NCBI GenBank assembly: GCA_024408295.1
Contig: JAKSVE010000004.1
Location: forward strand, 396 to 64,395
Direction: 5' to 3'
From: Bacilli bacterium
Lineage (GTDB): Bacteria > Bacillota_I > Bacilli_A > RFN20 > CAG-826
Length of the DNA stretch: 64,000 bases
Shown: positions 1 through 9,842 of the stretch, piece after piece
Layout of the letters: each line of letters opens with the position of its first letter
Position numbering within the stretch: position 1 is the first letter of the stretch
The notes under the pieces: generated by a model
Told to the model about the DNA's origin: nothing
The model's database searches: none
Seen by the model: only the letters and a program-made list of their open reading frames with translations
Translations under genes and position numbers: made by a program

Positions 1-1203
1 GTCGTTGTCGATTGACCATGACTGATCGCCATCGATCTTTGATGTGTATGAGCCTGGAATTGTACCCCAGTTCTCTTCCATTGCTGAGAGGACGGTCTTG
101 TTGTTTGTTTCAACCCATGCGCCGTTTGCGCCTGTGTATCCAACGCTGACCTTGCCGTCGATTGTCATGTTCTTGCAGTGGTTAGCTTCGTTGAGGAATT
201 CGTCGAATTCAGGGAATGTTGGAGCAACTGGCTCTTCCTTTGACTTGATGTAGTTGTCGATTGGGTCGATGACTGTTGATCCGATGTTTCCGATCCAGAG
301 GTTAACGACTGGCTTTGTTCCACTGTAGAGCTGGATTAATGCATCATCGCCATCTTCTGGGAATGTGAGGTATCCAGCGTTGATTGTGCCGAATTCCTGC
401 TGAAGTGCTGTGAAGTCAACGCCAACGCCAACGTTCAAGATTGTTGAGATTGCTGCCTTTGTGACTTCGATGTCGCCTTCGTCTGTGTCAGCGAATTCTG
501 ATCCATCTAAACCCATAGGCATTGTCATTGTGTAAAGTGAGAGGTCTGGCTGGAATCCAGTTAAGACTTCTAATGTACCGCCTTTTGGAAGGTAGTTGTC
601 TAAGTCGATGTCGAGGTCTGTGCCTGTGTATGAGAATTCAAGTGTGTGGCCCTTGCCTGATCTTAAGAGACCGACGATGCCGTCTGTTTCAGCATATGCG
701 AAGTAGTTCTTGCTGTGGTATGCAACAGCGTAGATTTCATCCTTCTGCTTTGGGTTTGTGAGAGCGACTGTGTAGTTCATGTCGTTCTCCATTGCATTGA
801 CCATCTGTCTTGTCTTCTTCAAGAGCTTTGATGTGACTGTTCCGATGTAGTTCTTGACTAATCCGTTTGAACCAGCCTGAACTCTGACCTTGAATTCACC
901 AGCTGCGAGACCGGTGATCTTTGTGCCTTCGATCTTGACGCAGTCTGACTGTCCTTCGAGTGGGACGACGTTCCACTTAGCGTCTACTGGTGTCATGATG
1001 ACATATTCTGCTAAGTCGATTGTCTCTCCGACTTCGAGTTCATAAACTGTGTTTCTTGCAAAGGCAATCTTTGTTGCTTCGACATCACCATAGTTGAATG
1101 ATGACTCTGTGTCTCCGCCGTTGCCACCGTTGCCGCCACAAGCGACGACACCACATGACATCATAGCAGCGAGAGTTAACACGAATAATTTCTGCTTTTT
1201 CAT
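1..1203 (-). CDS. Lipoprotein, N-terminal part only (gene runs off the left edge)
   Basis: The reverse-complement reading from ATG at 1203-1201 gives MKKQKLFVLTLAAMMSCGVVACGGNGG..., a signal peptide plus Cys lipobox. The frame stays open to position 1. AAAGGAA lies upstream. It is absent from the ORF track because there is no stop inside the window. Confidence 0.6.
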   Translation of the reverse strand, partial: MKKQKLFVLTLAAMMSCGVVACGGNGGNGGDTESSFNYGDVEATKIAFARNTVYELEVGETIDLAEYVIMTPVDAKWNVVPLEGQSDCVKIEGTKITGLAAGEFKVRVQAGSNGLVKNYIGTVTSKLLKKTRQMVNAMENDMNYTVALTNPKQKDEIYAVAYHSKNYFAYAETDGIVGLLRSGKGHTLEFSYTGTDLDIDLDNYLPKGGTLEVLTGFQPDLSLYTMTMPMGLDGSEFADTDEGDIEVTKAAISTILNVGVGVDFTALQQEFGTINAGYLTFPEDGDDALIQLYSGTKPVVNLWIGNIGSTVIDPIDNYIKSKEEPVAPTFPEFDEFLNEANHCKNMTIDGKVSVGYTGANGAWVETNNKTVLSAMEENWGTIPGSYTSKIDGDQSWSIDND

Positions 1204-1277
1204 AATAGTTCCTTTCGATAACGGGTATAACCTTAGACCCATATTTTCATAAGTCAAAGGTTATTTCCGATTTTTAA

Positions 1278-3317
1278 TTATTTGATTGAGTCGTTGTTGA
1301 CGAAGTGGAGTGTGCATCCTGTTTCGTCCTGCTGTTCGACTGAGACAGTCCAGTTGAATGTTGAACCATCGTTGAAGACGAGATCATTATCTCCGTGAGC
1401 GAAGAATTCTCTCATTCTGAAGTTGGAATATGTGTTTGATCCAGGGAAGAAGTTGATATCGTCGTGTGCGTCTGCCCATTCCTTTGTGTTGAAGAGGTTT
1501 GTTGGAGCACCGAAGAGTGTGTAATAGGATGATCCCTTAAGACCGTTGACACCTGATGAGAGGATTGCGGAGATCTCACGGATGTTTCCGTCTTTGTCGA
1601 GTCTTCCTTCGTTAATCCACTTTGATCTTGAGCCTGTGTTATCGGTCATCTGGATTGGAGCACCGATCCACTTGCCATTATCTAAGAATGTGTCGTTCTC
1701 TGGGATTGGGTCTGCTGCATCGAGTATTGGATCGAAGTATTCATATCCACCCTTGACGAGGTTCTTCGTATCGGTTCCTGTTCCGACCTGAGCAGCCAAT
1801 CTTGAGTCGACGTGGAAGACCTGAAGTCCTGGATACTCATATGTTCCGCCGTGGGAGTTGGTGAGTTGCTTCCATTCGCCGTATCCATGCATATCACCAG
1901 TGTTGACACCTGTTGTGGTGTAGTACTGCATGATGATGTATTCGTCGTATGGAGTCTTGTTCCATGGGTCTTCTGTTGTGTTTCTGATGAGGATGAGGTC
2001 ACCTTCGTCTGTGAATGAGTTGAGTCTGAGGGTGAAGTTGTCGCTTGATCCATCAACGTGCATGAGGTTGACGCCCTTTGATCCGGCTTTCTTTTCTCTG
2101 AGCCAGTTATAGAGCATCTTTGAATATCCGTTGTGGTCACCGACGTTCATATCCATCATGTCTGCGCATCCGCCAGGTGCTTCTGTTCCAACGCCGTCGT
2201 CTGTCTTGTCGTATGAATAGTAGTCATTCAATCCGAGTAAGTGTCCGTTTTCATGGATGAGTGTGTGAGCGTCGATTGTTGGGTTTGGACGTGTGTAGTA
2301 GGAGGTTGAGATATACTTGAACTCAGAGAAGAAGTATCTATGAGTAGTAGGTGCTCCGATGTTTGGTGCTGAAGTAGCGCATGAGGTGTAGTTCCACCAC
2401 ATGTCGAGACCTCCATCGTTCTTGTCCTTTGCGGTTGTCTTATAGATGATGTTTACACCATCGATATAGCCGTCGCGGTCTGAATCATAGTCTAATACGT
2501 TCTTGTTGTATTTCTGGATGTACCAGTTTGCGGCTGCCTGTGTGATTGCTGCTGCAACTCCGCTTCCCTGTCTTTCTGCTTCAGCGACTGTTTTGTTGTA
2601 AACATACTGTTCAGGAGCGACTTCGCCCTCGATTTCGAGGTTTCCGTATGAGCTGCTCTTGTAGAATGACTTGACTGACTGCCAGCTTGTATCTGAGGCT
2701 TCTCCGAAGAATGCCTTCTCGATAACTTCGATTTCTTCCTTTGTGAAGTCTTCTGCACCAGCCATATCTTTGAAGATGACTGGGACAACGATCATCTTAG
2801 GTTTTCCTAATGATGGGAACTTTCCTGCTCCTAATGCGCCGGTTGCCTGGTGCTTCATGACTGAGAGATTCTCAAAGTCTTCTTTGTAGTAAGTCTTGTA
2901 TCCCTTGCCTTCTGCACCCTTTTCTGGGTTTCCGTTTGTAACAGTGATCTTAACTTCCGCTTCTTTGTTTTTTGCAGTACCGATTGCGGTGTATTCGCCT
3001 TCTTTAAGTGCTTCGCCACCTGTGTATTCATTGCCGTCTTTGTCGACGAGCTTGTAGGATGCGACGTTCTTCCAATCTGTGTAGTTGGTTTCTGTACCAT
3101 CCTTGTCATGATAGATGAGAGTTGGCTTGCAGGTATCGTAGAATGAGCCGCCTGCTGGGATGGTTGAATGCTCAACCGTCATCGTTGCATATCTCTTACC
3201 TGTCATGTCCTCTGAAGTCGAGACATCTCCATTGCTGCTGGTGTTGCTTGGGTTTGCGCAAGCAGCGATTGATGTTACGGCCAAGAGGCTGGTAAGCATT
3301 AACAATTTCTTTTTCAT
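1278..3317 (-). CDS. M6 (immune inhibitor A-like) zinc metalloprotease lipoprotein, paralog 1
   Basis: 679-aa ORF. Lipobox LLAVTSIAAC. HExxH motif in HENGHLLGLNDYY. M6-domain-like segments: KMIVVPVIFKD, SFYKSSSYGNLEIEGEV, DSDRDGYIDGVNIIY. Confidence 0.75.
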   Translation of the reverse strand: MKKKLLMLTSLLAVTSIAACANPSNTSSNGDVSTSEDMTGKRYATMTVEHSTIPAGGSFYDTCKPTLIYHDKDGTETNYTDWKNVASYKLVDKDGNEYTGGEALKEGEYTAIGTAKNKEAEVKITVTNGNPEKGAEGKGYKTYYKEDFENLSVMKHQATGALGAGKFPSLGKPKMIVVPVIFKDMAGAEDFTKEEIEVIEKAFFGEASDTSWQSVKSFYKSSSYGNLEIEGEVAPEQYVYNKTVAEAERQGSGVAAAITQAAANWYIQKYNKNVLDYDSDRDGYIDGVNIIYKTTAKDKNDGGLDMWWNYTSCATSAPNIGAPTTHRYFFSEFKYISTSYYTRPNPTIDAHTLIHENGHLLGLNDYYSYDKTDDGVGTEAPGGCADMMDMNVGDHNGYSKMLYNWLREKKAGSKGVNLMHVDGSSDNFTLRLNSFTDEGDLILIRNTTEDPWNKTPYDEYIIMQYYTTTGVNTGDMHGYGEWKQLTNSHGGTYEYPGLQVFHVDSRLAAQVGTGTDTKNLVKGGYEYFDPILDAADPIPENDTFLDNGKWIGAPIQMTDNTGSRSKWINEGRLDKDGNIREISAILSSGVNGLKGSSYYTLFGAPTNLFNTKEWADAHDDINFFPGSNTYSNFRMREFFAHGDNDLVFNDGSTFNWTVSVEQQDETGCTLHFVNNDSIK

Positions 3318-3447
3318 AACTTTCTCCTTTCTAGTGCCTATCTAAAATACATTAGTTTGAAAATACTTCAATGTTTATTTTCGTGTATGCGTGAATAAAT
3401 GATTATTTATAGCCATTTGTGCGCTACTGTAGTACACTTTGTACGTG

Positions 3448-3864
3448 ATGAGCACACAAAAGAAGAAATTGATTAACTGGATTGTAGCAAGTGTTATATT
3501 GACACTATTTTTTGCCTTGTTTTTCTTCTTAAACGAACCGTTCTCAGGACACCTAATTCCGTCGCAAATTGTGATGATTTTGTCCAATTCTTTCTTGCCG
3601 GCAGGGGTGGTTAACCTAGCTGTGGCGGGTTTCATTTTGATTGGTAGGACTGGTTTGTTTGACACTGTAGCCTTTGGTTTTATCGTCTTCGGCGAAAGTT
3701 TTAAGAAAGAAGTGGTCAGAAGATACGATAGTGCCTACACTTACAAGAAGATCCGTGACGAAAAAAGACGCGCAAATCCGCCATATTTGTTGCCATATTG
3801 GGTCTTAGGCGGAGTATCTTTAGGAATCGCAATTGTTTTGACAATCGTCTTTATGTACATGTAA
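3448..3864 (+). CDS. Small membrane protein, DUF3899-like
   Basis: The ORF track starts at TTG 3439; ATG at 3448 is more likely. Two N-terminal TM segments, a basic loop (FKKEVVRRYDSAYTYKKIRDEKRR) and a C-terminal TM. Confidence 0.5.
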   Translation: MSTQKKKLINWIVASVILTLFFALFFFLNEPFSGHLIPSQIVMILSNSFLPAGVVNLAVAGFILIGRTGLFDTVAFGFIVFGESFKKEVVRRYDSAYTYKKIRDEKRRANPPYLLPYWVLGGVSLGIAIVLTIVFMYM

Positions 3865-3911
3865 GTGCGCCCAAGCTATTAAAAATAAATAGTGAATTTC
3901 AGAAATAATAA

Positions 3912-3940
3912 TTGACATATTTTAAAAAGTATGGATAGTT
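3912..3940 (+). promoter_or_regulatory. Candidate sigma-70-type promoter of the opp operon
   Basis: TTGACA at 3912-3917, then a 16-17-nt spacer and a weak -10 (GATAGT/ATAGTT) at about 3934-3940, roughly 45 nt upstream of the ATG at 3984. Confidence 0.3.
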
Positions 3941-3983
3941 TACTACGCGGTTTTACAACTGTGAGCACAAAAAGGAGAACATT

Positions 3984-6629
3984 ATGGATAAGAAATTCAA
4001 AGTAATAATGAGTTCAGCCATCATGGTCTTGATGCTTGCTTCTTGCGGCGGAGGTAATAAAACCTCAGGCGGCAATAACGGCAGCTCAAAGCCAAATGGT
4101 GGAGAGACCCTCAGATACGAGAAAGCAAACGGCATCTTCAACTATTCTGCAGCATCTGTCTCAGAAAAATCAAAGATCCTCGGCCAGCTTGAAAACTACG
4201 CAATGAGACACCACTTAGCAGGTATCCCTCTTTATGACGATGCAGGCTATGAATTATTCTCACCACGTATCAAGCTCGCTTCAAATGACTACATCCCTAA
4301 CTATGGTTTCGGTGTTGGCGAATCATCACTCGACCCAGCAGGAAAGATGTACAACGACACAGTATTTGATTCATCAAAGAGCTTATATCCAAGCTACTTC
4401 CAGTCATATGCAACTGAAGACTCAGGTACATTCAACTACTGGAACTCAACCGGCGCAGACGTCGCAGGCAAGAACGGCATGATCACCGCTTCTTACTTCG
4501 GTGTCACCATGAATCCAAACGCTGATGGCTACCACTGGAGAGGCGAACTCGCAAGAGTCGACAACCCAATCCCACTCGACAAGGATGGAAACGAAATCCC
4601 ATACACAGAAGGTATGACATCGCGTTTCTGGAGAGTCCCTGTCTGGACAGACAAGAACGCTTCACAAGCAAACGGAAGAAAGTTCGAATACTCAGTCGCA
4701 CCTGGCTCAAAGTGGGCTTCAAAGTATACCGGACGTAAGATCGTCTTAGACGACTACCTCACACCATTCAAGGTCATGTTAGACAACGGATTCGTCCGTG
4801 CTTCAGGCCTTATCGATGACGCATCTGGCTTTGCTGGTGCATCAGACTACCTCTACCAGTCAGGTACAACAAAGAGCTGGGACGGCGAGAAGAAGTCATA
4901 CTTCGACGGAGTCGGTGTCAAGAAGAATGAGAAAGAACAGTCAATGGACTTCGCATTCATCACACCACAGACACGTTTCTACGCTAAGTACAACACAGCA
5001 TCAGGACTTTACTCACCAATGCCAGAAGACTTCTTGGTAGACATTGGTAACGGCAATGCTGCTGCAGGTGCTAAGAACTTCGGTATGATCGGAACATCAA
5101 CCGATCCAAAGCAGAACTGTGACAACCTCTTATCATGCGGTGCTTATAACGTCATCTCATGGGAACAGGACAAGCAGACTGTCTACCAGAAGAACCCAAC
5201 CTACAACAACGCTTCAGAAATCAAGTACGAAGGCTATGTTGAAACAGGCTTCAAAGATGAAGACCAGGCATTCCAGTCATTCCTTAACGGTATGTTAGAC
5301 GAAGTCTCAGTCCCATCAAAGGAAGTCAAGAACTACTCAACAGATAAGATGGCTCACAAGACCGACGGTTCAACAGTCATCAAGATCAACGTCAACGCTT
5401 GTACAAAAGAGCAGTGGGAACACTACTTCGGCAAGAACGGTACAGCATACCCACACACCAACGAAAAGAACTACTGGGAAGTCAAGCCAATCATGTCTAA
5501 CCCAGACTTCTTAGATGGTCTTTACTTCTGCATGGATCGTAAGATCCTCGCTGATAAGACTGGTCACAACCCAGCTTATGGCTACCTCTCAGAAGCTTAC
5601 AAGATCGACCCAGAGACCGACCTTTCATTCCGTGATACAGAAGAAGGTAAGGCAGTCACAGCTGACTACGAGAACGTTAAGGAAAACGGTATCCCAGGAT
5701 ACTCAACCTCAATGGCTCAGCAGCTCTTCACAAACGCTATCAAGAAACTCGTTGCAGACGGTGATTACGACGAAGACGAGAACATCAAGCTCACATTCTT
5801 GTGGAGAAAAGACGAAGGTCTCCAGAACATCGGTCAGACATTGAAGGAATTCATGGAAACTCCATTCAACGCTGCCGCTAAGAAGCTCGGCTACTCAATG
5901 ACACTCACAATCGAGAACAAGGTTGCAGGTTCATCATATACCGATGCTTACTCAAAGATGGACCAGGGCGAATTCGACTTCGCTGAAGGTGCTATCACCG
6001 GTAACGTCTTAAACCCAATCTCATTCATGTCAGTCATCTGCACCAACGAACTCTCACAGGGATTTACAACAAACTGGGGTGATGACACATCAAAAGTCAC
6101 AGCAAATCCTTGCGAATATGACAACAAGTCATGGTCATATGACGCTCTCTACACTGCTGCAAACGGTGCTGCAATCTGTGCAAATGGCGAAGCAGTTCCA
6201 CCAGTCTACCAGGGCTCAGCAGAACACGGTTATGTCGATGACAAAGGTACAACAGTCGAAGTTGGATTCGAAACACCAGACATCTACGATGATGATGACA
6301 ATCCATTAGTTGACTACGAAGTCAGCTACGTCTGGTTCCAGTATGCAAACGGTGCTGCAAATACCGGTTACTATTGGCCAGTCGGACTTGGAAACACAGT
6401 CAAGTTCAAGCCAGCAAACGATGGACACTTAACCTTCACAATCAATAAGGGCGCTGTCCAGAACTATGCTAATTCATGTGCAAACGCTGCAAAGACAGAC
6501 ATCGATACATTCGTATTCGTCGTCGGCTTCAAGTGCTCATTCACAGGTGTTGAGAAGACAGTCATGGCTCAGAGAAACATCCCACTCGAAGACATCGGCT
6601 GCAACAACGCAATCTACAACGGTAAGTAA
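3984..6629 (+). CDS. oppA: Oligopeptide ABC transporter substrate-binding lipoprotein (very large, 881 aa)
   Basis: Lipobox VLMLASCGGG. RBS AAAGGAG upstream. First gene of the oppBCDF cluster. The family assignment rests mainly on context. Confidence 0.7.
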   Translation: MDKKFKVIMSSAIMVLMLASCGGGNKTSGGNNGSSKPNGGETLRYEKANGIFNYSAASVSEKSKILGQLENYAMRHHLAGIPLYDDAGYELFSPRIKLASNDYIPNYGFGVGESSLDPAGKMYNDTVFDSSKSLYPSYFQSYATEDSGTFNYWNSTGADVAGKNGMITASYFGVTMNPNADGYHWRGELARVDNPIPLDKDGNEIPYTEGMTSRFWRVPVWTDKNASQANGRKFEYSVAPGSKWASKYTGRKIVLDDYLTPFKVMLDNGFVRASGLIDDASGFAGASDYLYQSGTTKSWDGEKKSYFDGVGVKKNEKEQSMDFAFITPQTRFYAKYNTASGLYSPMPEDFLVDIGNGNAAAGAKNFGMIGTSTDPKQNCDNLLSCGAYNVISWEQDKQTVYQKNPTYNNASEIKYEGYVETGFKDEDQAFQSFLNGMLDEVSVPSKEVKNYSTDKMAHKTDGSTVIKINVNACTKEQWEHYFGKNGTAYPHTNEKNYWEVKPIMSNPDFLDGLYFCMDRKILADKTGHNPAYGYLSEAYKIDPETDLSFRDTEEGKAVTADYENVKENGIPGYSTSMAQQLFTNAIKKLVADGDYDEDENIKLTFLWRKDEGLQNIGQTLKEFMETPFNAAAKKLGYSMTLTIENKVAGSSYTDAYSKMDQGEFDFAEGAITGNVLNPISFMSVICTNELSQGFTTNWGDDTSKVTANPCEYDNKSWSYDALYTAANGAAICANGEAVPPVYQGSAEHGYVDDKGTTVEVGFETPDIYDDDDNPLVDYEVSYVWFQYANGAANTGYYWPVGLGNTVKFKPANDGHLTFTINKGAVQNYANSCANAAKTDIDTFVFVVGFKCSFTGVEKTVMAQRNIPLEDIGCNNAIYNGK

Positions 6630-6651
6630 TAACTTACAAAAACAACAAACT

Positions 6652-6676
6652 GGGCGGGTTCTTCCCGTCCTTTTTG
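6652..6676 (+). terminator. Rho-independent terminator/attenuator between oppA and oppB
   Basis: GGGCGGG-ttctt-CCCGTCC followed by TTTTTG, directly after the oppA stop. Confidence 0.6.
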
Positions 6677-6738
6677 TTTGTTTCACATAGTGAATTGTGG
6701 TATTCTTGTGAGGCAAGCCATTGCTTGAGGTATTTTTT

Positions 6739-7806
6739 ATGTGGAAATATGTTTTAAAGAGGTTGGGATTATTGCTGATAACCACGTTTATCATCCTATC
6801 CCTCACCTACATCTTGCTCCAATGTTTGCCATTGGAAGCACCTCGTGGAAACACGACAGAAATGATCTCCTTCTATAACAGGCAGGTCGCACTTGGCTAC
6901 TTCCAGCGTGTAGCCCCTGGCGATAGTGGTTATGAAGCCTTTATCGCTAACCCAGAGGCCGCTGACTTCAAGATGACCCTCACAACAGGTGAGACGGTTT
7001 TCTTCTCCTCTCTTCCAGTCATGGTGAGATACGTCAGATGGTTGGGCAACATCGTCCTTAGATGGGACTGGGGAACATCAACTCAGATCTCAATCGGACA
7101 GTCCGCTATCTCCATCATCTTGAGAAGACTCCCTGTCTCAATGAAGCTTAACATCGTCGCTATGATCATCTCAGTTCCTGCTGGTATCGGCTTAGGAATC
7201 TGGGCTGCTTTAAAGAAAAACAAAATGACTGACCATATCATCTCCACATTGGTTATGGTCTTTATTTCCGTACCTTCATTCGTTCTTATTTCCTTCATGC
7301 TCATCTGGATGGCATATGGCGCAAAGTGGGTTCCAACCCAGTGGCCATCAGCAGAAATGGCAGCAGTGGACTGGAAGATTGCAGTAAGAGGATATGTCAT
7401 CCCGGTTCTTGCCCTCTGCTTCGGTTCCATCTGCGGATTCGCTCGTTACACACGTGCAGAGCTCTGCGAAGTCATGTCTTCAGAGTTCTTGCTCTTAGCT
7501 AGAACAAAAGGCTTAACAAGAGCACAGGCGGTCGTCAAACACGCTTTGAGAAACTCAATGGTTCCAATCGTTCCAATGATCATCGGCGAATTCGTCGGCG
7601 TTCTCTCAGGTTCTATGATTCTCGAACAGTTATACGGTATCCCAGGTATCGGATCACTCTTCGTCACCGCATTAAACGCAAAAGACTATTCAGTCGTCAT
7701 GGTGGATATGGCTATCTACACATTGATTGGCTTATTAGCAACATTGGTCGTCGACCTTTCTTACGGAATTGTTGACCCACGTATCAGAATGGGGGCAAGC
7801 AAATAA
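6739..7806 (+). CDS. oppB: Oligopeptide ABC transporter permease
   Basis: ATG at 6739 (MWKYVLKRLGLLL) is preferred over the track's TTG at 6721. Contains the OppB/DppB-type motif RTKGLTRAQAVVKHALRNSMVPIV and multiple TM segments. Confidence 0.85.
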   Translation: MWKYVLKRLGLLLITTFIILSLTYILLQCLPLEAPRGNTTEMISFYNRQVALGYFQRVAPGDSGYEAFIANPEAADFKMTLTTGETVFFSSLPVMVRYVRWLGNIVLRWDWGTSTQISIGQSAISIILRRLPVSMKLNIVAMIISVPAGIGLGIWAALKKNKMTDHIISTLVMVFISVPSFVLISFMLIWMAYGAKWVPTQWPSAEMAAVDWKIAVRGYVIPVLALCFGSICGFARYTRAELCEVMSSEFLLLARTKGLTRAQAVVKHALRNSMVPIVPMIIGEFVGVLSGSMILEQLYGIPGIGSLFVTALNAKDYSVVMVDMAIYTLIGLLATLVVDLSYGIVDPRIRMGASK

Positions 7807-9842
7807 TGAGTATCTTCAAGAAGAATACGGCTCAGGCAGAAGTCGTTGAAACTAAAGAAAAAGCAATTGCCTTTGACTCATCCAAGGATTTCGAATTCGT
7901 CCAGCTTGATTCATCAATCCACGATCAGAAATTCAAAACAAAGCCAACAACCTTCATCAAGGACGCTTTGAAGAGATTCGTCAAAAATAAGTCATCAGTC
8001 GTGGCAGCCTCAATCTTGGGTGTCTTGATCTTGATGGCAATCATCGTTCCTCTTGCTGATGGAAACGATGTCACAGCAAATAACGATATCGCAACCTACC
8101 TCCCACCAAAGTGGTTCAATAAGCACAACGGTGGATTCCTCGATGGAACCGGCAAGGTTAGCAATGTCACAATCGACCCAGTCACAGGATTCCCTGCAGC
8201 TGACTCAAACGGCAACTACACCTATAGAAAAGAGGGTGTTGTCGGAGGAAAGGATGGAATCACATTATCAGATGGTTACGCTGATAACCCATCATCAGTC
8301 GTTCTCGAATACGGTAAGGGCGGCGCACTCACAGTTGCATCTAAGGATCCGCTTTATGAATCATTCATCTATTCAACCAAATTCGACATCGATTTAGACT
8401 CATTCTATGAGTTGTCATACACAATCAATGAAGAGTATGCCGAAACAATGGGCGATTTCCCAACGTACTCATCAGTCATCGTCATGAACGTTAGCGAAAA
8501 TAACGTTAGATACTTCACCATCGAACCAGAGCACAACACCTACGGAACACACACCATTTCCAATGTTGCTGACATCGTTAAGAGCGACCCAGAATACAAT
8601 GCAATTGAAGATGGAAGCGTCATTAAGGGACGTCTCGGATTCATGTTAAGTAAAAACACAGATGCGAAGACAAAGACCTTGACCATCGAATCAGTTTCCT
8701 TCAAGAAAGACGGAACAGAAATCAAGACACCTGATGCTGATTCAACCGACGTCATCTCATTCTCAGATGCAACAAAGGCTTATAAATCATGGGCAGTTCA
8801 TGGAGTTCATGGCGGCGCTAACAAAGGCTTATATCACTCAAAGGTCACAACCGGCGCATTCACATATGACTACTATGCCGCAGCGTATTGCGATGATACC
8901 GGCTCATTCACAGACTCAGATTTCGATAGATTCTATGAGCTCGGCTACCTCGAAGAGGAATTCAACTGGGAGGCAGGCTCAGCTTCTAACTTCAAGCTCA
9001 CTCCATTAGGAGAAGAGAAGTGCCCAGCAAGAGAAATCCTTGAGCTCGAAATCAACAACTGGGGCGAAAACCAGTCAAAATCCGCTAACTGCGTAAGAAG
9101 CAGATACAGATACTTCTACTATGTTGGCTACACCGCAAAGTGCGCACCAGTCAAATACTTCTTCGGAACCGACAACCAGGGACATGACTTCTTCAAGGTC
9201 GTCTTCTCAGGCTTGCTCACTTCCCTCGAATTAGGATTCTTAGCATCCGCAATCAACATCGTCCTCGGCGTCATTTGGGGCGCAATCTCCGGTTACTTCG
9301 GCGGATGGGTCGATATGATCATGGAACGTCTCACCGAAATCTTAGGTGGCATGCCATGGATTGTTCTCATGACCTTAATCGTCTTGATGTTCGGAAAATC
9401 CAACTTCTGGATCTTCTTGTTCGCATTATGCTTGACCGGATGGATTGGAACTTCAGTCACAACCAGATCTCAGTTCTACCGTTATAAGGGCAGAGAATAC
9501 GTCCTCGCATCAAGAACATTGGGCGCATCTGACTGGAGACTTATCTTCATGCACATCCTTCCAAACGGAATCGGCACCATCGTCACAGGCGCAGTCCTCA
9601 TGATTCCTGGCGTCATCTTCTCAGAAGCCTCAATCTCATACTTACTTCCTGGAGCTCTCTCATTCCAGGGTGCTATCTCATTCGGTGTCACCCTCTCGAA
9701 TGCTCAGACTTATATCCAGCAGTATCCATATATGATCATCTCAGCATCCATCGTCATGTCACTTATCATGATTTGCTTCAACTTGTTCGGTAACGGATTA
9801 AGAGATGCATTCAACCCTTCAACGAAAGGAGCGGCTATCTAA
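7806..9842 (+). CDS. oppC: Oligopeptide ABC transporter permease with a roughly 370-aa extracytoplasmic insertion
   Basis: TAATG overlap with oppB. TM1 is followed by a long hydrophilic region, then a canonical OppC core (GLLTSLELGFLASAINIVLGVIWGAISGYFGGWVD, ASRTLGASDWRLIFMHILPN). Confidence 0.8.
   Translation: MSIFKKNTAQAEVVETKEKAIAFDSSKDFEFVQLDSSIHDQKFKTKPTTFIKDALKRFVKNKSSVVAASILGVLILMAIIVPLADGNDVTANNDIATYLPPKWFNKHNGGFLDGTGKVSNVTIDPVTGFPAADSNGNYTYRKEGVVGGKDGITLSDGYADNPSSVVLEYGKGGALTVASKDPLYESFIYSTKFDIDLDSFYELSYTINEEYAETMGDFPTYSSVIVMNVSENNVRYFTIEPEHNTYGTHTISNVADIVKSDPEYNAIEDGSVIKGRLGFMLSKNTDAKTKTLTIESVSFKKDGTEIKTPDADSTDVISFSDATKAYKSWAVHGVHGGANKGLYHSKVTTGAFTYDYYAAAYCDDTGSFTDSDFDRFYELGYLEEEFNWEAGSASNFKLTPLGEEKCPAREILELEINNWGENQSKSANCVRSRYRYFYYVGYTAKCAPVKYFFGTDNQGHDFFKVVFSGLLTSLELGFLASAINIVLGVIWGAISGYFGGWVDMIMERLTEILGGMPWIVLMTLIVLMFGKSNFWIFLFALCLTGWIGTSVTTRSQFYRYKGREYVLASRTLGASDWRLIFMHILPNGIGTIVTGAVLMIPGVIFSEASISYLLPGALSFQGAISFGVTLSNAQTYIQQYPYMIISASIVMSLIMICFNLFGNGLRDAFNPSTKGAAI

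Noticed and set aside
1546-3345. Many nested ORFs in other frames within the 1278-3317 protease gene (and similarly inside oppA, oppC and secA)
   Set aside because: Their Thr/Ser/Gln/His-rich translations have no motifs. They are fully contained in well-supported genes and are frame artefacts of biased codon usage.
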